A stretch of 61,447 bases of DNA, filler included. It is 10 parts of 10 records of this genome, joined end to end, with 100 filler letters (N's around TTAATTAATTAA, not from the genome) between each part and the next. Parts side by side here need not be neighbours in the genome. Positions count along the whole stretch, not along the records: positions 1 to 5,920 come from SRR31156797_70890; positions 6,021 to 11,334 come from SRR31156797_70929; 8 more parts are not named here. One strand, 5' to 3'. The position numbers and the translations under genes were made by a program. Of the stretch, positions 1-11,028 are shown in pieces (position 1 is the first letter of the stretch; each line of letters begins with the position of its first letter). A model generated the notes under the pieces. The model made no database searches. It saw nothing but the letters and a program-made list of their open reading frames with translations, and was not told the DNA's origin.

Positions 1-1362
1 AAGATTTCTCACCTCATCGGCCACCACGGCAAACCCCGCCCCCGCTTCCCCGGCCCTGGCCGCTTCCACGGCCGCGTTAAGGGCGAGCAGGTTGGTCTGA
101 AACGCGATCTCGTCGATGGTCTTGATGATTTTCTGGGTCTCCTCGCCGGACTGCACCGTTTCCGCGATCACCTGCTTCATCTTTTCCGTTCGCTCGCTCA
201 TGATCCTGAAATTGGGGATCGCCTCATTCTCCATGACGTTTTTCGCCTCCAACGCCCCCTGGGAGTTTTTCTTGACCATGGACTCCATCTCTTCAAGGGA
301 GGCGGCCGTCTCCTGGACCGAAGCGGCCTGGGTGGAAGCGCCTTCGGCAACCGATTTGCTTGCCGTGGCAACCATCTCGGAGGCCGAGGCGACAAACCCG
401 CTGGTACTGATCAGCTCACCCACGGAGCGGCTGATGGTCTTATAAACACTGGTAGTGATTCCCCAAATGATTCCCGAAAGAATCAAAATGGAAAGCGCCC
501 CCAGCCCCATGATAATCCGGATCATGGCGTCAATGGATTCGGTATACTCCTCCATGGGCACGGAGCTTACCAGCATCCAGCCCATGGGATCGTAACTTTC
601 AAGGAAGCTGATCTTATCCTTCCCCTTGTAGGAATAAACAAGGCTGCCGTTGCCCTGGGCAAGCATTTGCCGTCCGAAATCATACTGGGTCATACTGGAA
701 AAAAGCTGATTCTTCTCCGGATGGTAAAGGATCCGTCCCGTCTTTTCCACCAGAATGGCGTACCCGGAGTTCCCCACCTTGACCGGTTTTACGAATGCGT
801 GGGTGAACCCCTCAAGCTTCGCTGTCATCCCAAGGCACCCGATGATTTTTTCGCCCTTTCGTATGGGGGCTGAGACCAGGATGACCGGCACGTTGGTATT
901 CGGCGACATGACCACCTGGCTGATCCAGACCTCGCCCTTTTTCGCCCTTGCGATATTCTCGGTAAATTCCCTAACCTCCCCGGCCTGTTTTCCCGCATTC
1001 TCCGGGACAGCGCCGACCATGATCCGTCCTTCGGGATCCATGATAAAAACATCCTCAAACATGCGAGACTGTTCCTGATAGAGACGCAAATGATTCCCCG
1101 CCTGTTTCAGGAGTTTCCCCCTGGTAGCAAATTGAAACAATCCATTGCCCGCAAGCAGAACAGCTTCGCGTTTTCTCTCCTGGATCCAGTGGTCCAACTC
1201 AAACACCACCCGGGAAACCGTATTTTTCATATTGGTTACCTGGTGCTCCTTAATGGCACTTGAAGCCATATGGGAGGAGATGAAAACCAGAATACCAATA
1301 CAGCCGAAAACCACCGGGATGATCGTCAAAAGAAGTTTTCTCCTGAAATTTGTATTTTTCAT
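1..1362 (-). CDS. Methyl-accepting chemotaxis protein with N-terminal TM and periplasmic Cache-like sensor (3' end runs off the window)
   Basis: Absent from the ORF track because it has no stop. Manual translation from ATG 1362 gives [27 protein letters not shown]; the same frame ends in the MCP signature [39 protein letters not shown] at position 1. GGGAGG RBS upstream. Confidence 0.93.
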   Translation of the reverse strand, partial: MKNTNFRRKLLLTIIPVVFGCIGILVFISSHMASSAIKEHQVTNMKNTVSRVVFELDHWIQERKREAVLLAGNGLFQFATRGKLLKQAGNHLRLYQEQSRMFEDVFIMDPEGRIMVGAVPENAGKQAGEVREFTENIARAKKGEVWISQVVMSPNTNVPVILVSAPIRKGEKIIGCLGMTAKLEGFTHAFVKPVKVGNSGYAILVEKTGRILYHPEKNQLFSSMTQYDFGRQMLAQGNGSLVYSYKGKDKISFLESYDPMGWMLVSSVPMEEYTESIDAMIRIIMGLGALSILILSGIIWGITTSVYKTISRSVGELISTSGFVASASEMVATASKSVAEGASTQAASVQETAASLEEMESMVKKNSQGALEAKNVMENEAIPNFRIMSERTEKMKQVIAETVQSGEETQKIIKTIDEIAFQTNLLALNAAVEAARAGEAGAGFAVVADEVRNL

Positions 1363-1375
1363 GGTCTGCCTCCCT

Positions 1376-2314
1376 CTATTCGATAATGGTTGCGGCCGAC
1401 AGGATTGAATAGGATAATTCAACCCCCATTTTTTCTGCGGCTCCCAGGTTGACGAAAAACCTGGGATCCGGGTCTGTCTTTACCGGGGTGGCCCTGATGG
1501 GTTTTCCCTTGACAAGAACATCTGTAACAGATTCCGCAAGCATGTGCCCAAGCTTGTCATCATCGGCGACAAATCCCCCCAGGGCGCCCAATTTAACCGC
1601 CCGGTCCGAATAGGAAACCACCGGGGTCGAACCCGCCGCCGCAACGATCTCATCGGCGCTGTCAAAAAGAAGGCTTTGATTTCCGATAATCACGGTTGTC
1701 TGGTTATTTTCAACGGCCCTGACCGCCTTGATGGCCTCATCCACGGCAAGGCACTCCACCACCTTGTAGGAAAACGAAAGGTTGCGGCAGGCATTTTTCG
1801 TCCCCTGGCGATCCACTTCGGCAGACGGATTTCCCTTGCCCACCAGCAATAAGATCGCCCTCATCTCGGGAAGGATCTCCTGAAAAATATCAAACTGGGT
1901 TTCCACCGGCAGGAAATAGGTGACCCCCGTGATATTTTTTTCAGGGGAGTCAAGGTTCTCAACCACCCCAAGCTGTTTAGGATTGTTGCACCCGCCGATA
2001 AAGGTTGGCACGGCAAGGGTCTTGCCGGCCAGCCATTTGGCCGCATTGGAACGCAACAGGACGATCCCGCTCTTTCGCCGCTCCCACAGTTTTACCACCT
2101 GGGCAAGCTCGTCAATGGAAGAGAGCTCTTTTCTGTACTCCACCTTTACCTGGGGGGCAAGCCTGCTCATCCCCGCATCAAACCCCGCCGTCACCCGTTT
2201 TGCCATGCCCGATTGCCCCACCCAGGCAAGACCTATTTCAACAGCGTTGACCGTTGGCGCGAAACAGACCACCCCAAATGCGATCAACAACAAAAGACGC
2301 CTTGATTTCTTCAT
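1376..2314 (-). CDS. ABC-type substrate-binding protein (ABC_sub_bind-like)
   Basis: Signal peptide [24 protein letters not shown]; motifs [37 protein letters not shown]. Start moved to ATG 2314 after a GGAGG RBS. Confidence 0.85.
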   Translation of the reverse strand: MKKSRRLLLLIAFGVVCFAPTVNAVEIGLAWVGQSGMAKRVTAGFDAGMSRLAPQVKVEYRKELSSIDELAQVVKLWERRKSGIVLLRSNAAKWLAGKTLAVPTFIGGCNNPKQLGVVENLDSPEKNITGVTYFLPVETQFDIFQEILPEMRAILLLVGKGNPSAEVDRQGTKNACRNLSFSYKVVECLAVDEAIKAVRAVENNQTTVIIGNQSLLFDSADEIVAAAGSTPVVSYSDRAVKLGALGGFVADDDKLGHMLAESVTDVLVKGKPIRATPVKTDPDPRFFVNLGAAEKMGVELSYSILSAATIIE

Positions 2315-3033
2315 GTTGCCCTCCTGCTGATTTACATTAAACGAGAATGGTTGCCCTTTATCCGAAATCTGGGAAACCATTAAAACTAAAAAATGCATAT
2401 TTTTTGGGACGCTATTTACGAACCCCGTTGACAGGGTGTTCCACACAAAACACGTTTGGCGTGTTGCGAAAAGATCAAGCAGGCGAAATGGAGTAGGTGG
2501 TAAAAAAACCTGAGACGAAATAGCAGCATCAATACCGATAAATGTCCAGACCTTTTATTGAAAGATCCTCCATGATACCCCCGATACCCGCTTAAGTCAA
2601 CATCAAAGCAAGCCCAATGTCCGCCTTTCTTTAACAATCCCGCCCCCAGCTCCAATCACGGGCATTGGCGTATGGAAAACAACGGCCATTGCCTCCCTGA
2701 CAGAAAAGATTGCTATCTCCCATTCAACGGCCTATATTAAAACGGCTGCCCCCCCCGATATCACGATCTCCGGCTCAAAATTCCTACTCAAAAAAACAAT
2801 CAACTTCCCACCGATCCTGCCGATAGGAAAAGGATGAAAGCCATCGATCATTGCCTGGAAAAATTTCAAACAGTTACCCTGAACCATATTTCAAAAAGTC
2901 GTCAATAAAACGTTGAACGATTTTCTCTTTTGTCGCAAATTGAAATTTTAAAAGAGCAAACATTCAGCAAAGCTATCAGCAAAATAAAGCGCCAATTAAC
3001 AGCAACCCACAACCATACAAAGGGAGGAGATCA

Positions 3034-3747
3034 ATGGGAGTCATCAAATTAAAGGATAAAAACAAGACATCTCTTTCACAATCCGCAACATCCGAACAGA
3101 TTAAACACTATACCGAACAGGTAAGAAAAGGCCTTGTCCCCTGCGGTCTGCCTCCCTGTCCAAGTTGCGGGCTTTCCTCAAACCGATTTAAGCGGCATGA
3201 AAAACGAAAGCGCAAATTTTATGTGGTGGTGGATCAGCTGGTTGTTACCCTTCCCGGTTTGCTGACCCGCTGGAAATGTCCGGGGTGCAACAAAACACAA
3301 ACCGACTATCCCGGCTTTGCGCTGCCCCACAAACGCTACACACGCGCCACCATTCTGGCCTTTAGCGGTGCCTATGTGGAAAACCCGGTCAACTCCTATC
3401 GCAGCCTGGTGAATGCATGCCCGTTGCAGTACGACTCAAAACCGGGTTTGGAAACGAGCCAGGAACAAATGATGGAGCATTCCACCATCCACAGGTGGGT
3501 GACAACCCTTGGCGGGTATTCCCACACCACCCGAAATGCGACACATTTGATTCTTCAGGCAGTCCCGAAAACCCGCCTTCGCCGTTTTTTGGCGGGCCTG
3601 ACGGTCCCCGAAAGCAAATACGCATCCCCCCCACGGAAACAATCGCTACTCGGCTGTTTCAGACTGATATTCCTCGATTCTGTCTTCCAAACGATATTTC
3701 AGACATCTCTTTTCCCCAAGTTGGCAACACGGTACGCTTATACATGA
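3034..3747 (+). mobile_element. Zn-ribbon/HTH transposase-associated protein (DUF6431-like); no DDE partner gene follows
   Basis: CPSC...RWKCPGCNKT..YPGFALPHKRY...STIHRWV pattern; GGGAGG RBS. Confidence 0.6.
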
Positions 3748-3973
3748 GGTACGATTACCTCTGGAAAGCTCAACGGAGGCGGTTCCTGGATATGAAAAAC
3801 GAATTTTGAGCCATTTCCCGGTGCGACCTGCTGCATCCGATGCCATATTCGGAGGCTGCACGGGAAGAAACGCACCGGCATCTGAAATCCCCTACGCAAA
3901 AATCGTCTTAAAAACTCCCCGTTACAAACAGAGCGTTCCCTTCAAACCATAAAACCGATGAGGAGGCCATTGA

Positions 3974-5746
3974 ATGAGATCCATAAACCAGGAATCCACC
4001 ATGGGAACCAGCGTGCTACTCTCTGCGGTATCCCCCTCCCAGCTGCTGTTCCGCTGCCACGACCTGAAGTCGGAATTGGAATCGGAATCCGGCCACGTCG
4101 CTTATTCTCGGTTAAAAACCGACAACCCCCATTCTCCTATCCACCCGGATTTTGCCCGGGCAGGCTTTGTCACTGAAACCCTGGAAGATGCAATTGAGTC
4201 ATTGCGGCTCATGGGTGATTTCCTGACCCGGGACCGGCCGGCAAGTTGCTGGGAACATCCCAGGGGCATCTTTTACCGGCAAACAGGATTGGCGCCAACG
4301 GGAAAAAACGTGGCCCTGTTCTCCGGGCAGGGAAGCCAGTATACAGGCATGGGCCAGCCCCTTCGAAAGCTTTTTCCGATCATGCAACAGGGGTATGACC
4401 ATATGGACACCCTTCTTGAGGAGATCGGATTGGCGCCCATTTCAAAGATTCTGTTTCCGGACCATCACCTGAACAAAAAGGAGGAGCGCCAGTTTGAAAA
4501 AACCCTGAAGAAAACCGAATATACCCAGCCGGCCATTGGGGTTTTCAATCCAAGTCTCTACCGGATCCTGGAACGCCTGGGGTTTGAGCCGGATATGGCA
4601 GCCGGCTTAAGTTGCGGCGAGCTTCCGGCCCTGTGGGCGGCGGGGGCCCTGTCGGATAAACACTACTTTAACCTGGTCAGATTCCGGGGCCAGGCCATGT
4701 CCAACTCCAATAGCCAGTCCACGGAAGAGGAAGGCATGATGGCCGTGACCGGAGATGTGGATGAAATAATAAAACTGGCCGAACCAGTGGAAAATGTGTT
4801 TTTGGAGGCATGGAGTTCAAAAAATCAGGTGGTTCTGTCCGGGTTCAAGAAGCCGCTGCAGGATCTGCAGTACATCTACCAGGACAGGGGATGGAGCGCC
4901 TATATGCTTTCGGTTTCAGGCGCGTTCCACTCTCCTTTCATGGAAAACAGCAGACGGATCTTTGCGGAACATGTTCGCGCAACACCGTTTAACCAGCCCA
5001 AAATACCGGTTTATTCCAATGTCACCGGCGCCCCCTACCCCGAGGATCCCCGGGCCGTCAAAGAGATGTTGATCGACCACATTGTCAAGCCGGTCCGGTT
5101 TAAAGAGCAGATAGAAAATATTTACAGGGCCGGCGGTATCCGGTTCATCGAATTCGGGCCGAAAAAGGCGGTTGCCGCCCTTGTCGACGCAATCCTGAAT
5201 AACAAGGACCATGAAGCGGTTGCCCTCAATTCAGGGAACAGAAGACGCAGCAATGTCCATGAGTGCATTCAAAGCTGCACCCTGCTTTTGACCGGCCATG
5301 CCCCCATACACTGTAAGTCCATAAACATCTGCCAGGGGGGGGTCGGACTCAAGGATCTGCCCAGGACATTGAAAAATGAGTTACAAAAGGTCTCCATCCT
5401 GTTCCATCTGACTGGCCACCGGGATCCCATGGAAGGGCAAATGGTGTGGCGACAGGGACGGTTTGCAGGGGTAAAGATTTTCAAGGGAGAGCAGGAAAGA
5501 AAACTACTGAAACGGCTTGGATATGATGAAAAGAACAATCCAAAACCTGTTTTTGTCAAGGATAGCAGCCGGGAACTCCAGGAGGCCGTTGTCAAGCTCA
5601 TTGTATCGGGGCTTGCCCTTACCCCCCTGGAAAACCTCCTGGATGGAACGGTGGCCAGCCCCGCTTTTTCACTGCCAGGGGCACCGGTATCGTCAAACGA
5701 CCTGGTCCGTTCCCTGTTAAACCGGATCACCGCCAGGGGCAACTGA
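3974..5746 (+). CDS. Stand-alone PfaA/type I PKS-like acyltransferase with an internal PilZ-like domain
   Basis: ALFSGQGSQY, TQPAIG, GLSCGE (catalytic Ser), RGQAM, SGAFHS, VYSNVTG, PVRF, FIEFGPK. The insert at about 5240-5482 has PilZ-like NICQGGVGL...GQMVWRQGRFAGVKIF. GAGGAGG RBS. Confidence 0.8.
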   Translation: MRSINQESTMGTSVLLSAVSPSQLLFRCHDLKSELESESGHVAYSRLKTDNPHSPIHPDFARAGFVTETLEDAIESLRLMGDFLTRDRPASCWEHPRGIFYRQTGLAPTGKNVALFSGQGSQYTGMGQPLRKLFPIMQQGYDHMDTLLEEIGLAPISKILFPDHHLNKKEERQFEKTLKKTEYTQPAIGVFNPSLYRILERLGFEPDMAAGLSCGELPALWAAGALSDKHYFNLVRFRGQAMSNSNSQSTEEEGMMAVTGDVDEIIKLAEPVENVFLEAWSSKNQVVLSGFKKPLQDLQYIYQDRGWSAYMLSVSGAFHSPFMENSRRIFAEHVRATPFNQPKIPVYSNVTGAPYPEDPRAVKEMLIDHIVKPVRFKEQIENIYRAGGIRFIEFGPKKAVAALVDAILNNKDHEAVALNSGNRRRSNVHECIQSCTLLLTGHAPIHCKSINICQGGVGLKDLPRTLKNELQKVSILFHLTGHRDPMEGQMVWRQGRFAGVKIFKGEQERKLLKRLGYDEKNNPKPVFVKDSSRELQEAVVKLIVSGLALTPLENLLDGTVASPAFSLPGAPVSSNDLVRSLLNRITARGN

Positions 5747-5920
5747 TTTTTATAGACAGGCAACTGGGATTCATTTACGACATTCTTGAACTGGGCGTCG
5801 GGGGCCGGTAATAAAAAATCGGCCAGGAAGGCCTGTTTCATTCAAAGTACCCCTGGATCACGAAGGTGGTCTCCTCCTGGTCGGGCGCCCTTACCTCCTG
5901 GAGCTTGACCCCGTACATGG

Positions 5921-6020
5921 NNNNNNNNNNNNNNNNNNNNNNNNNNNNNNNNNNNNNNNNNNNNTTAATTAATTAANNNNNNNNNNNNNNNNNNNNNNNN
6001 NNNNNNNNNNNNNNNNNNNN
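5921..6020. other. Artificial contig linker 1
   Basis: N-run + TTAATTAATTAA + N-run, 100 bp. Confidence 0.99.
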
Positions 6021-6293
6021 AATAAATATAAACTTACATATTTGTTAGAATGTCAAACACTGTAAGTTTGAAGGTTTTACGAGATCAGTTATTTATTTTG
6101 AATAACCGTCGAATTTGGGATTATAATATCAAAATAATAACGATTATATTAAAATATTACCTTAATAATGCTTTTTTACAAAATCTATTCTTTAAGCTTT
6201 GTAATATATTGTCAAATTGTGTAATAAAAAAGCTTGCGTTATGACGATACCTGTGCTAATGTCAATTAGTGTAAGGAGGAGAGGGGTTGCGTT

Positions 6294-7391
6294 TTGCTTA
6301 ACAGGAACATTCAGAAGCCTTTACAGGACCAGCTGGCAGATCTACTGGAAGTACAGATAAAGGACGGAGAGTTTTCTGCTGATGAAAAGCTTCCCTCACT
6401 CCGGGGGCTGGCCAAGAGATACAAGGTCAGCCATGAGACGGTGAACGGGGCTATGGGGATTCTGAAGACCCGGGGGTTTGTGAGAATAGTTCCCAATCGC
6501 GGGGTCTATGTGACTTCTTCTGATGTCGGGACGATGGGAAGAGACACCGGTTTTATAGGTCTGGTTATTGACCTGGGCGTCCGCAAACCGAAGAGTTCTG
6601 TTGTTTCGCCTCTCTACGGTGATTTTCTGGCACTGGTGTCCCAGGAGTTGAACAAATATAACTATCATCTGGCGGGTAACTACATTTGTATTGAGGATGA
6701 TAAGGACAGGCAGATTCTGTCGAATCTGAGTGAAAACAAGGTTGACGGGCTTATCGTCTGTAATCTTTTTTATGAACCTCTGCATGATTATGTGCGGGAT
6801 AATTTCAAGTCCGTGGTATCCCTTCTACCGGCGGAACCTTTTGATGAGTTTGACCAGGTTCAGATTGACATCTACCGGACCTATTATCGTATTACCGAGG
6901 AACTGGTCGGGAGGGGAGTGAAGAAAATCCGGATCGTTAACGGTCCCAATCCCCACTACAATTTTTATGAAATTGTACGTGGTGTGAAAGATGTCTGTCT
7001 GGCTCGGGGGCTGGAGGGCTGTGCAGATGAAGATTTCGTTATTGCTGCCGAAGGCTGGGAGCATGCGGATGCCGAGAGCCGGATACAGCAGTGGCTGGAT
7101 GAAGGTGGTGAAGCGGACCTTCTTCTCTGTTCCAACGATAATATGGCCCTGGGCGCTTTTAATGCAGTTCAGAATCGGGGTTTGAAGGTTCCCGGGGATA
7201 TTCGGGTTCTGGGGGGGAGGAATACCCCTCTCTGTACAATGGTAAGACCGCAGCTCAGTTCAGTTGACTGGCATTATTCAGAGTTGGTCCGTATGGCGGT
7301 GCGACAGTTAATAGAAAGAATTAATGGGGGTGAGGCTCCTCCAACGAATTTTCAGATAGGCGGAAGCCTTGTGGAGCGGGGAACATTGTAA
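6294..7391 (+). CDS. GntR-HTH / LacI-type sensor transcriptional regulator (AraR-like architecture)
   Basis: N-terminal KLPSLRGLAKRYKVSHETV...GVYV; C-terminal CSNDNMALGA...VPGDIRVLG...PQLSSV...LVERGT. TTG start after AAGGAGG. Confidence 0.9.
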   Translation: MLNRNIQKPLQDQLADLLEVQIKDGEFSADEKLPSLRGLAKRYKVSHETVNGAMGILKTRGFVRIVPNRGVYVTSSDVGTMGRDTGFIGLVIDLGVRKPKSSVVSPLYGDFLALVSQELNKYNYHLAGNYICIEDDKDRQILSNLSENKVDGLIVCNLFYEPLHDYVRDNFKSVVSLLPAEPFDEFDQVQIDIYRTYYRITEELVGRGVKKIRIVNGPNPHYNFYEIVRGVKDVCLARGLEGCADEDFVIAAEGWEHADAESRIQQWLDEGGEADLLLCSNDNMALGAFNAVQNRGLKVPGDIRVLGGRNTPLCTMVRPQLSSVDWHYSELVRMAVRQLIERINGGEAPPTNFQIGGSLVERGTL

Positions 7392-7552
7392 TCCGCAGTA
7401 TTTAAAATGCCTTACGACATCTCCATTTTTCCCAAATATCCAGGACATGTTAAAATATGTCCAAAAGTGATGAAAAGCTAAGTATGGATTATATAAATAT
7501 ATTAATACATAAATGTAAAATCTAAATAATGATCAAAACCTAAAATTAAAAC

Positions 7553-7581
7553 TTGACAAATAGGAATTCACGCCTTATGGT
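7553..7581 (+). promoter_or_regulatory. Putative sigma-70 promoter of the ABC operon
   Basis: TTGACA-N17-TATGGT with an AT-rich upstream region, about 40 bp before the ATG. Confidence 0.6.
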
Positions 7582-7623
7582 GAATATAAGCGATTACGTA
7601 GTCAATAAATTGAGGAGGAACAA

Positions 7624-8940
7624 ATGTTCAAGAGAGTAATCTTTACAGTTCTTATCGCGTCAATGCTGGTTTTCGGTCTGGTAGCAGGCGGACAGCAGGA
7701 TGCCCCCGCGGCCGCGGCTGATTTTGGAATTGACCCCCCGGCTGAAGAAACAGTTGTCGATGTTATTGGATGGACAATGCCCATCACCGATTTCTACCGG
7801 ACCCAGTTCGAAGCTCTGGATGCGGTCGACAATCTGACCGTTAATGTTCAGTACCTGACCGGTGCCGAAGCCCAGAATCAGGTCCGTCTGGCCCTTTCCG
7901 GCGACAAGGTCTCTCCCTATGAGATCGTCCATGCCGCCAACACCCAGATTTCCGAATGGGGATATCCGGGCTGGCTCATGCCGCTCAACGATTATGTTGA
8001 AAAGTACTGGGACGAATACAATCTGGGTGACATTCCCCAGACCGCCTGGGATGCCGCTTCTATTGATGGAAAAATCTACGGCGTTCCCGCTGTTGGTAAC
8101 TCCTATCAGCTGATCTACCGGGCTGACCTTTTTGAAAAGCATGGTATTGCTGTTCCCCAGTCCTGGGATGATGTTATTGCCGCTGCCAAAAAACTGAAAG
8201 CCGATGAGCCTTCCGTTGATGTTCCCTATGTTACCAACCTCCACGCCGGCTGGGCCTGGGAAATCGAATTCTTCCAGATGATCTCCTGCTACGGCGGTCA
8301 GCTGATTAACGAGGATGATAACACCGCTGCTTTCAATGGTCCCGAAGGTAAGAAGGCCCTCGACATGCTTGTCAAGGTTGCCGAAGCCATGGGTCCCGAA
8401 GGACTGGCTTACAGTAACGATGATATGGAAATCGGTCTTCAGACCGGCCGTGTTGCCTTCGCCAACACCTGGACAAGCCGGGCTGTCGGAATGAACAACC
8501 CCGACGAATCCGATTATGTTGATGAGATCAAGTTTGCCACATCTCCCTACGCCGTACCCGGTGGAAAGGTTGCCGCTTCCGCATGGAACGACTTCTACTG
8601 TATCCCCAACGCTGTGGACGTAGACCCCGAAGTCATCTTTCAGGTTATCATGGAATCTGTAGACCTCGAAAGCCAGATGGATGGTGTTGAGTTCGGTATT
8701 ACCACCCGTGTTACTTCTGCTACCTCCGACAAGGCCGGTCCCTATATGGCCGCTGCCCTCGACGGTGTTGCCAAAGGTGCCGGTGCCTACCCCAAGAATC
8801 CTGGTATTTCCATGGTTAGAACTGCCTTGGGTGAGTTCCTCCCCATGGTTATGACCGGCGATTACACCACCCAGGAAATCCTGGACATGGCTGCTGAAAA
8901 ATATACAGAAGAAGCCAAAGCCGCCGGAGTTGTAAAATAA
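7624..8940 (+). CDS. Carbohydrate (CUT1) ABC transporter substrate-binding protein
   Basis: Spirochaete-style leader ..LVAGGQQD; DGKIYGVP, LIYRADLFEKHGIAVPQSWDD, FNGPEG motifs. Confidence 0.9.
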   Translation: MFKRVIFTVLIASMLVFGLVAGGQQDAPAAAADFGIDPPAEETVVDVIGWTMPITDFYRTQFEALDAVDNLTVNVQYLTGAEAQNQVRLALSGDKVSPYEIVHAANTQISEWGYPGWLMPLNDYVEKYWDEYNLGDIPQTAWDAASIDGKIYGVPAVGNSYQLIYRADLFEKHGIAVPQSWDDVIAAAKKLKADEPSVDVPYVTNLHAGWAWEIEFFQMISCYGGQLINEDDNTAAFNGPEGKKALDMLVKVAEAMGPEGLAYSNDDMEIGLQTGRVAFANTWTSRAVGMNNPDESDYVDEIKFATSPYAVPGGKVAASAWNDFYCIPNAVDVDPEVIFQVIMESVDLESQMDGVEFGITTRVTSATSDKAGPYMAAALDGVAKGAGAYPKNPGISMVRTALGEFLPMVMTGDYTTQEILDMAAEKYTEEAKAAGVVK

Positions 8941-8952
8941 GCATCACTTCCT

Positions 8953-8983
8953 AAAGCAGTCCTGCTTTTAGCAGGGCTGTTTT
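8953..8983 (+). terminator. Stem-loop after the SBP gene (terminator or mRNA stabiliser)
   Basis: AAAGCAGTCCTGCT-TTT-AGCAGGGCTGTTTT; a second hairpin lies at about 9017-9045. Confidence 0.55.
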
Positions 8984-9063
8984 ACAGGCAGTTTGCTTGC
9001 TAATTGAATTTCTTTTCCGGGTCCGGAGTTTTGCTTCGGACTCGGATTTCTTAGGAGTTAGTA

Positions 9064-9924
9064 ATGAAGAGAAAACTGTTTTACAAGTTTTCAGCACCGA
9101 GTAACCTGACCATGATTCTACTCATGATCATTCCCCTCGGTGTCGCCCTTTATTTAAGTTTCTTTTATGTAAGGTTTGAAAATATTAATGACCCCCAGTT
9201 TGTGGGGCTTGGCAACTACGGCGCCATCCTTCTGGATTCCAATTTCTGGGCTGCCATGAGGTTTTCGCTTCTGATGCTGATAGTGGTGGTGCCGATCCAG
9301 CTGCTGCTGGGTTTTACTATTGCCCTCCTTCTGGATCAGGTCAGAACTTCCGTGCGTGGTCTCTACCTGGCCCTTATCCTTCTGCCTTTTATCGTGGTGC
9401 CGGTTGTCGGAACCCTGATGTTCAAGCAGATGTTTGAAGTAGGCGGTATCTTTGCCTATTGGTACAAGCTGGTTTTTGGTAAAGCCTTTCTTTTTACCCC
9501 GACGTCGGTAAAGGTTCTGGTTCTTATGCATCTTGTCTGGTACACGACCCCCTATCCCATTGTTGTCTTTTTTGCCGGGTTACAGGGACTTCCCGAAACT
9601 CATCTGGAAGCAGCTGAGGTAGACGGTGCTTCAAGATGGCAGCAGTTGATCCATATAGTTATTCCCTATTTAAGACCGCTGCTGTTGATGACCAGTATGA
9701 TGCTTGTTATGGATATGTACCGGATGTTCGACAGTCTAATGGTTATGACCGAGATGAACCCCATGTTCCAGGCAGAAAACCTTATGGTTTACTCCTATCG
9801 TGTGGGAATGCTTGTGCAGAGATTGGGCAGGGCGAATGCCTCGGCCATCCTTACGGTCCTTGGAATCATGGTTGTTCTGCTGCCCTACCTGCGGATCACC
9901 TATAAAAGCCAGACGGAGAAATAG
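9064..9924 (+). CDS. Carbohydrate ABC transporter permease (MalF/UgpA type)
   Basis: FVGLGNY; EAA loop AGLQGLPETHLEAAEVDGASRWQ. Confidence 0.92.
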   Translation: MKRKLFYKFSAPSNLTMILLMIIPLGVALYLSFFYVRFENINDPQFVGLGNYGAILLDSNFWAAMRFSLLMLIVVVPIQLLLGFTIALLLDQVRTSVRGLYLALILLPFIVVPVVGTLMFKQMFEVGGIFAYWYKLVFGKAFLFTPTSVKVLVLMHLVWYTTPYPIVVFFAGLQGLPETHLEAAEVDGASRWQQLIHIVIPYLRPLLLMTSMMLVMDMYRMFDSLMVMTEMNPMFQAENLMVYSYRVGMLVQRLGRANASAILTVLGIMVVLLPYLRITYKSQTEK

Positions 9925-9926
9925 AT

Positions 9927-10931
9927 ATGAGATATGTTAAGAATAAAATCGGGAGAGTCGGGATTTACACCGGTCTGACTGTTTTCACGATTCTCTGTGC
10001 TCTGCCTTTTTTTTGGTCGCTTCTCCAGTCCCTGAAGACTAAGAGACAGGCTTTCGCCCGAATACCCAAAATCTTTTTCAAACCCACTCTTGAAAATTAC
10101 GGGGACCTCTGGGTGAAATCCACCCCTGAGAATATGGGCTATGTGGGGATGATCATTATAGGTCTGATCGTTCTGGCCATTCTCTTCTTCGTTTTCGGCG
10201 AGAGAATGAAGATTCAGAAGACGACCTCCAGCTTTATTGGTGTCGGTATAATCCTTGCCACCCTGTGGATCGTTCCCCGGCTGATCAATATGGCCGAGTT
10301 CTACGACTATTTCCTGAATTCAGTTATCGTTACCGTCGGAGTCGTGGTCATATCGATGACCATCGGATCGGTGGCAGGCTATGCTCTGGCACGGTACAAG
10401 GGGATTGACGGGGTTGTTATAATTATTATCGCCCTGGCTTTCCGGGCCCTGCCCAGAATGGCCTTTGCGTTGCCCTTCTACTCCATCGGACAGGCCACCG
10501 GCCTACACGATACTTACTTTATGTTAATCATGGTCCTTGTGGCGGCAAACCAGCCCTTTACCATCTATATGATGCGGGCCTTCTTTGCTGAGATACCCAA
10601 GGAGATCGAAGAGTCGGCTACCATCGACGGACTGGGACCCCTTCAGGCCTTTATCAAGGTTGTTGTTCCTACCGCATGGCCCGGGATTATTTCCACCGGT
10701 CTCTTCTCCCTTCTCCTGGCCTACCATGAGTTCCTGCTGGCCCGGGTATTGACCCAGTCCAAATGGACCTTGCCGGTTGCCATCGTGCAGTTCACCGGCG
10801 GTGAGGCTCCGGGACACCTGATGCTGGCCGCCGCCGCTGCTGTCTCGGCGACAATTCCGATCATCATCATTATTGTTATTTTCCAGAAGCACCTTGTTAA
10901 GGGGCTGACCGGAGGAGCCGTAAAGGGCTGA
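9927..10931 (+). CDS. Carbohydrate ABC transporter permease (MalG type)
   Basis: KPTLENY, FLNSVIV, EIPKEIEESATIDG, C-terminal QKHLVKGLTGGAVKG. Confidence 0.92.
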   Translation: MRYVKNKIGRVGIYTGLTVFTILCALPFFWSLLQSLKTKRQAFARIPKIFFKPTLENYGDLWVKSTPENMGYVGMIIIGLIVLAILFFVFGERMKIQKTTSSFIGVGIILATLWIVPRLINMAEFYDYFLNSVIVTVGVVVISMTIGSVAGYALARYKGIDGVVIIIIALAFRALPRMAFALPFYSIGQATGLHDTYFMLIMVLVAANQPFTIYMMRAFFAEIPKEIEESATIDGLGPLQAFIKVVVPTAWPGIISTGLFSLLLAYHEFLLARVLTQSKWTLPVAIVQFTGGEAPGHLMLAAAAAVSATIPIIIIIVIFQKHLVKGLTGGAVKG

Positions 10932-11028
10932 TAAATTTTTATTTCGACATCGGTCCGGTTCCGGGCGGGGTTTCCTGTCCGGAGTCAAGCCGGGCCATCG
11001 TGTTTTGCTTGAACGAAGGAGAAAACGA

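Noticed and set aside
5269-5841. 190-aa minus-strand ORF with ATGA coupling to a gene stub at 5838-5920
   Set aside because: It overlaps the acyltransferase antisense for about 480 bp and has no motifs. The upstream stub is too short to assign.
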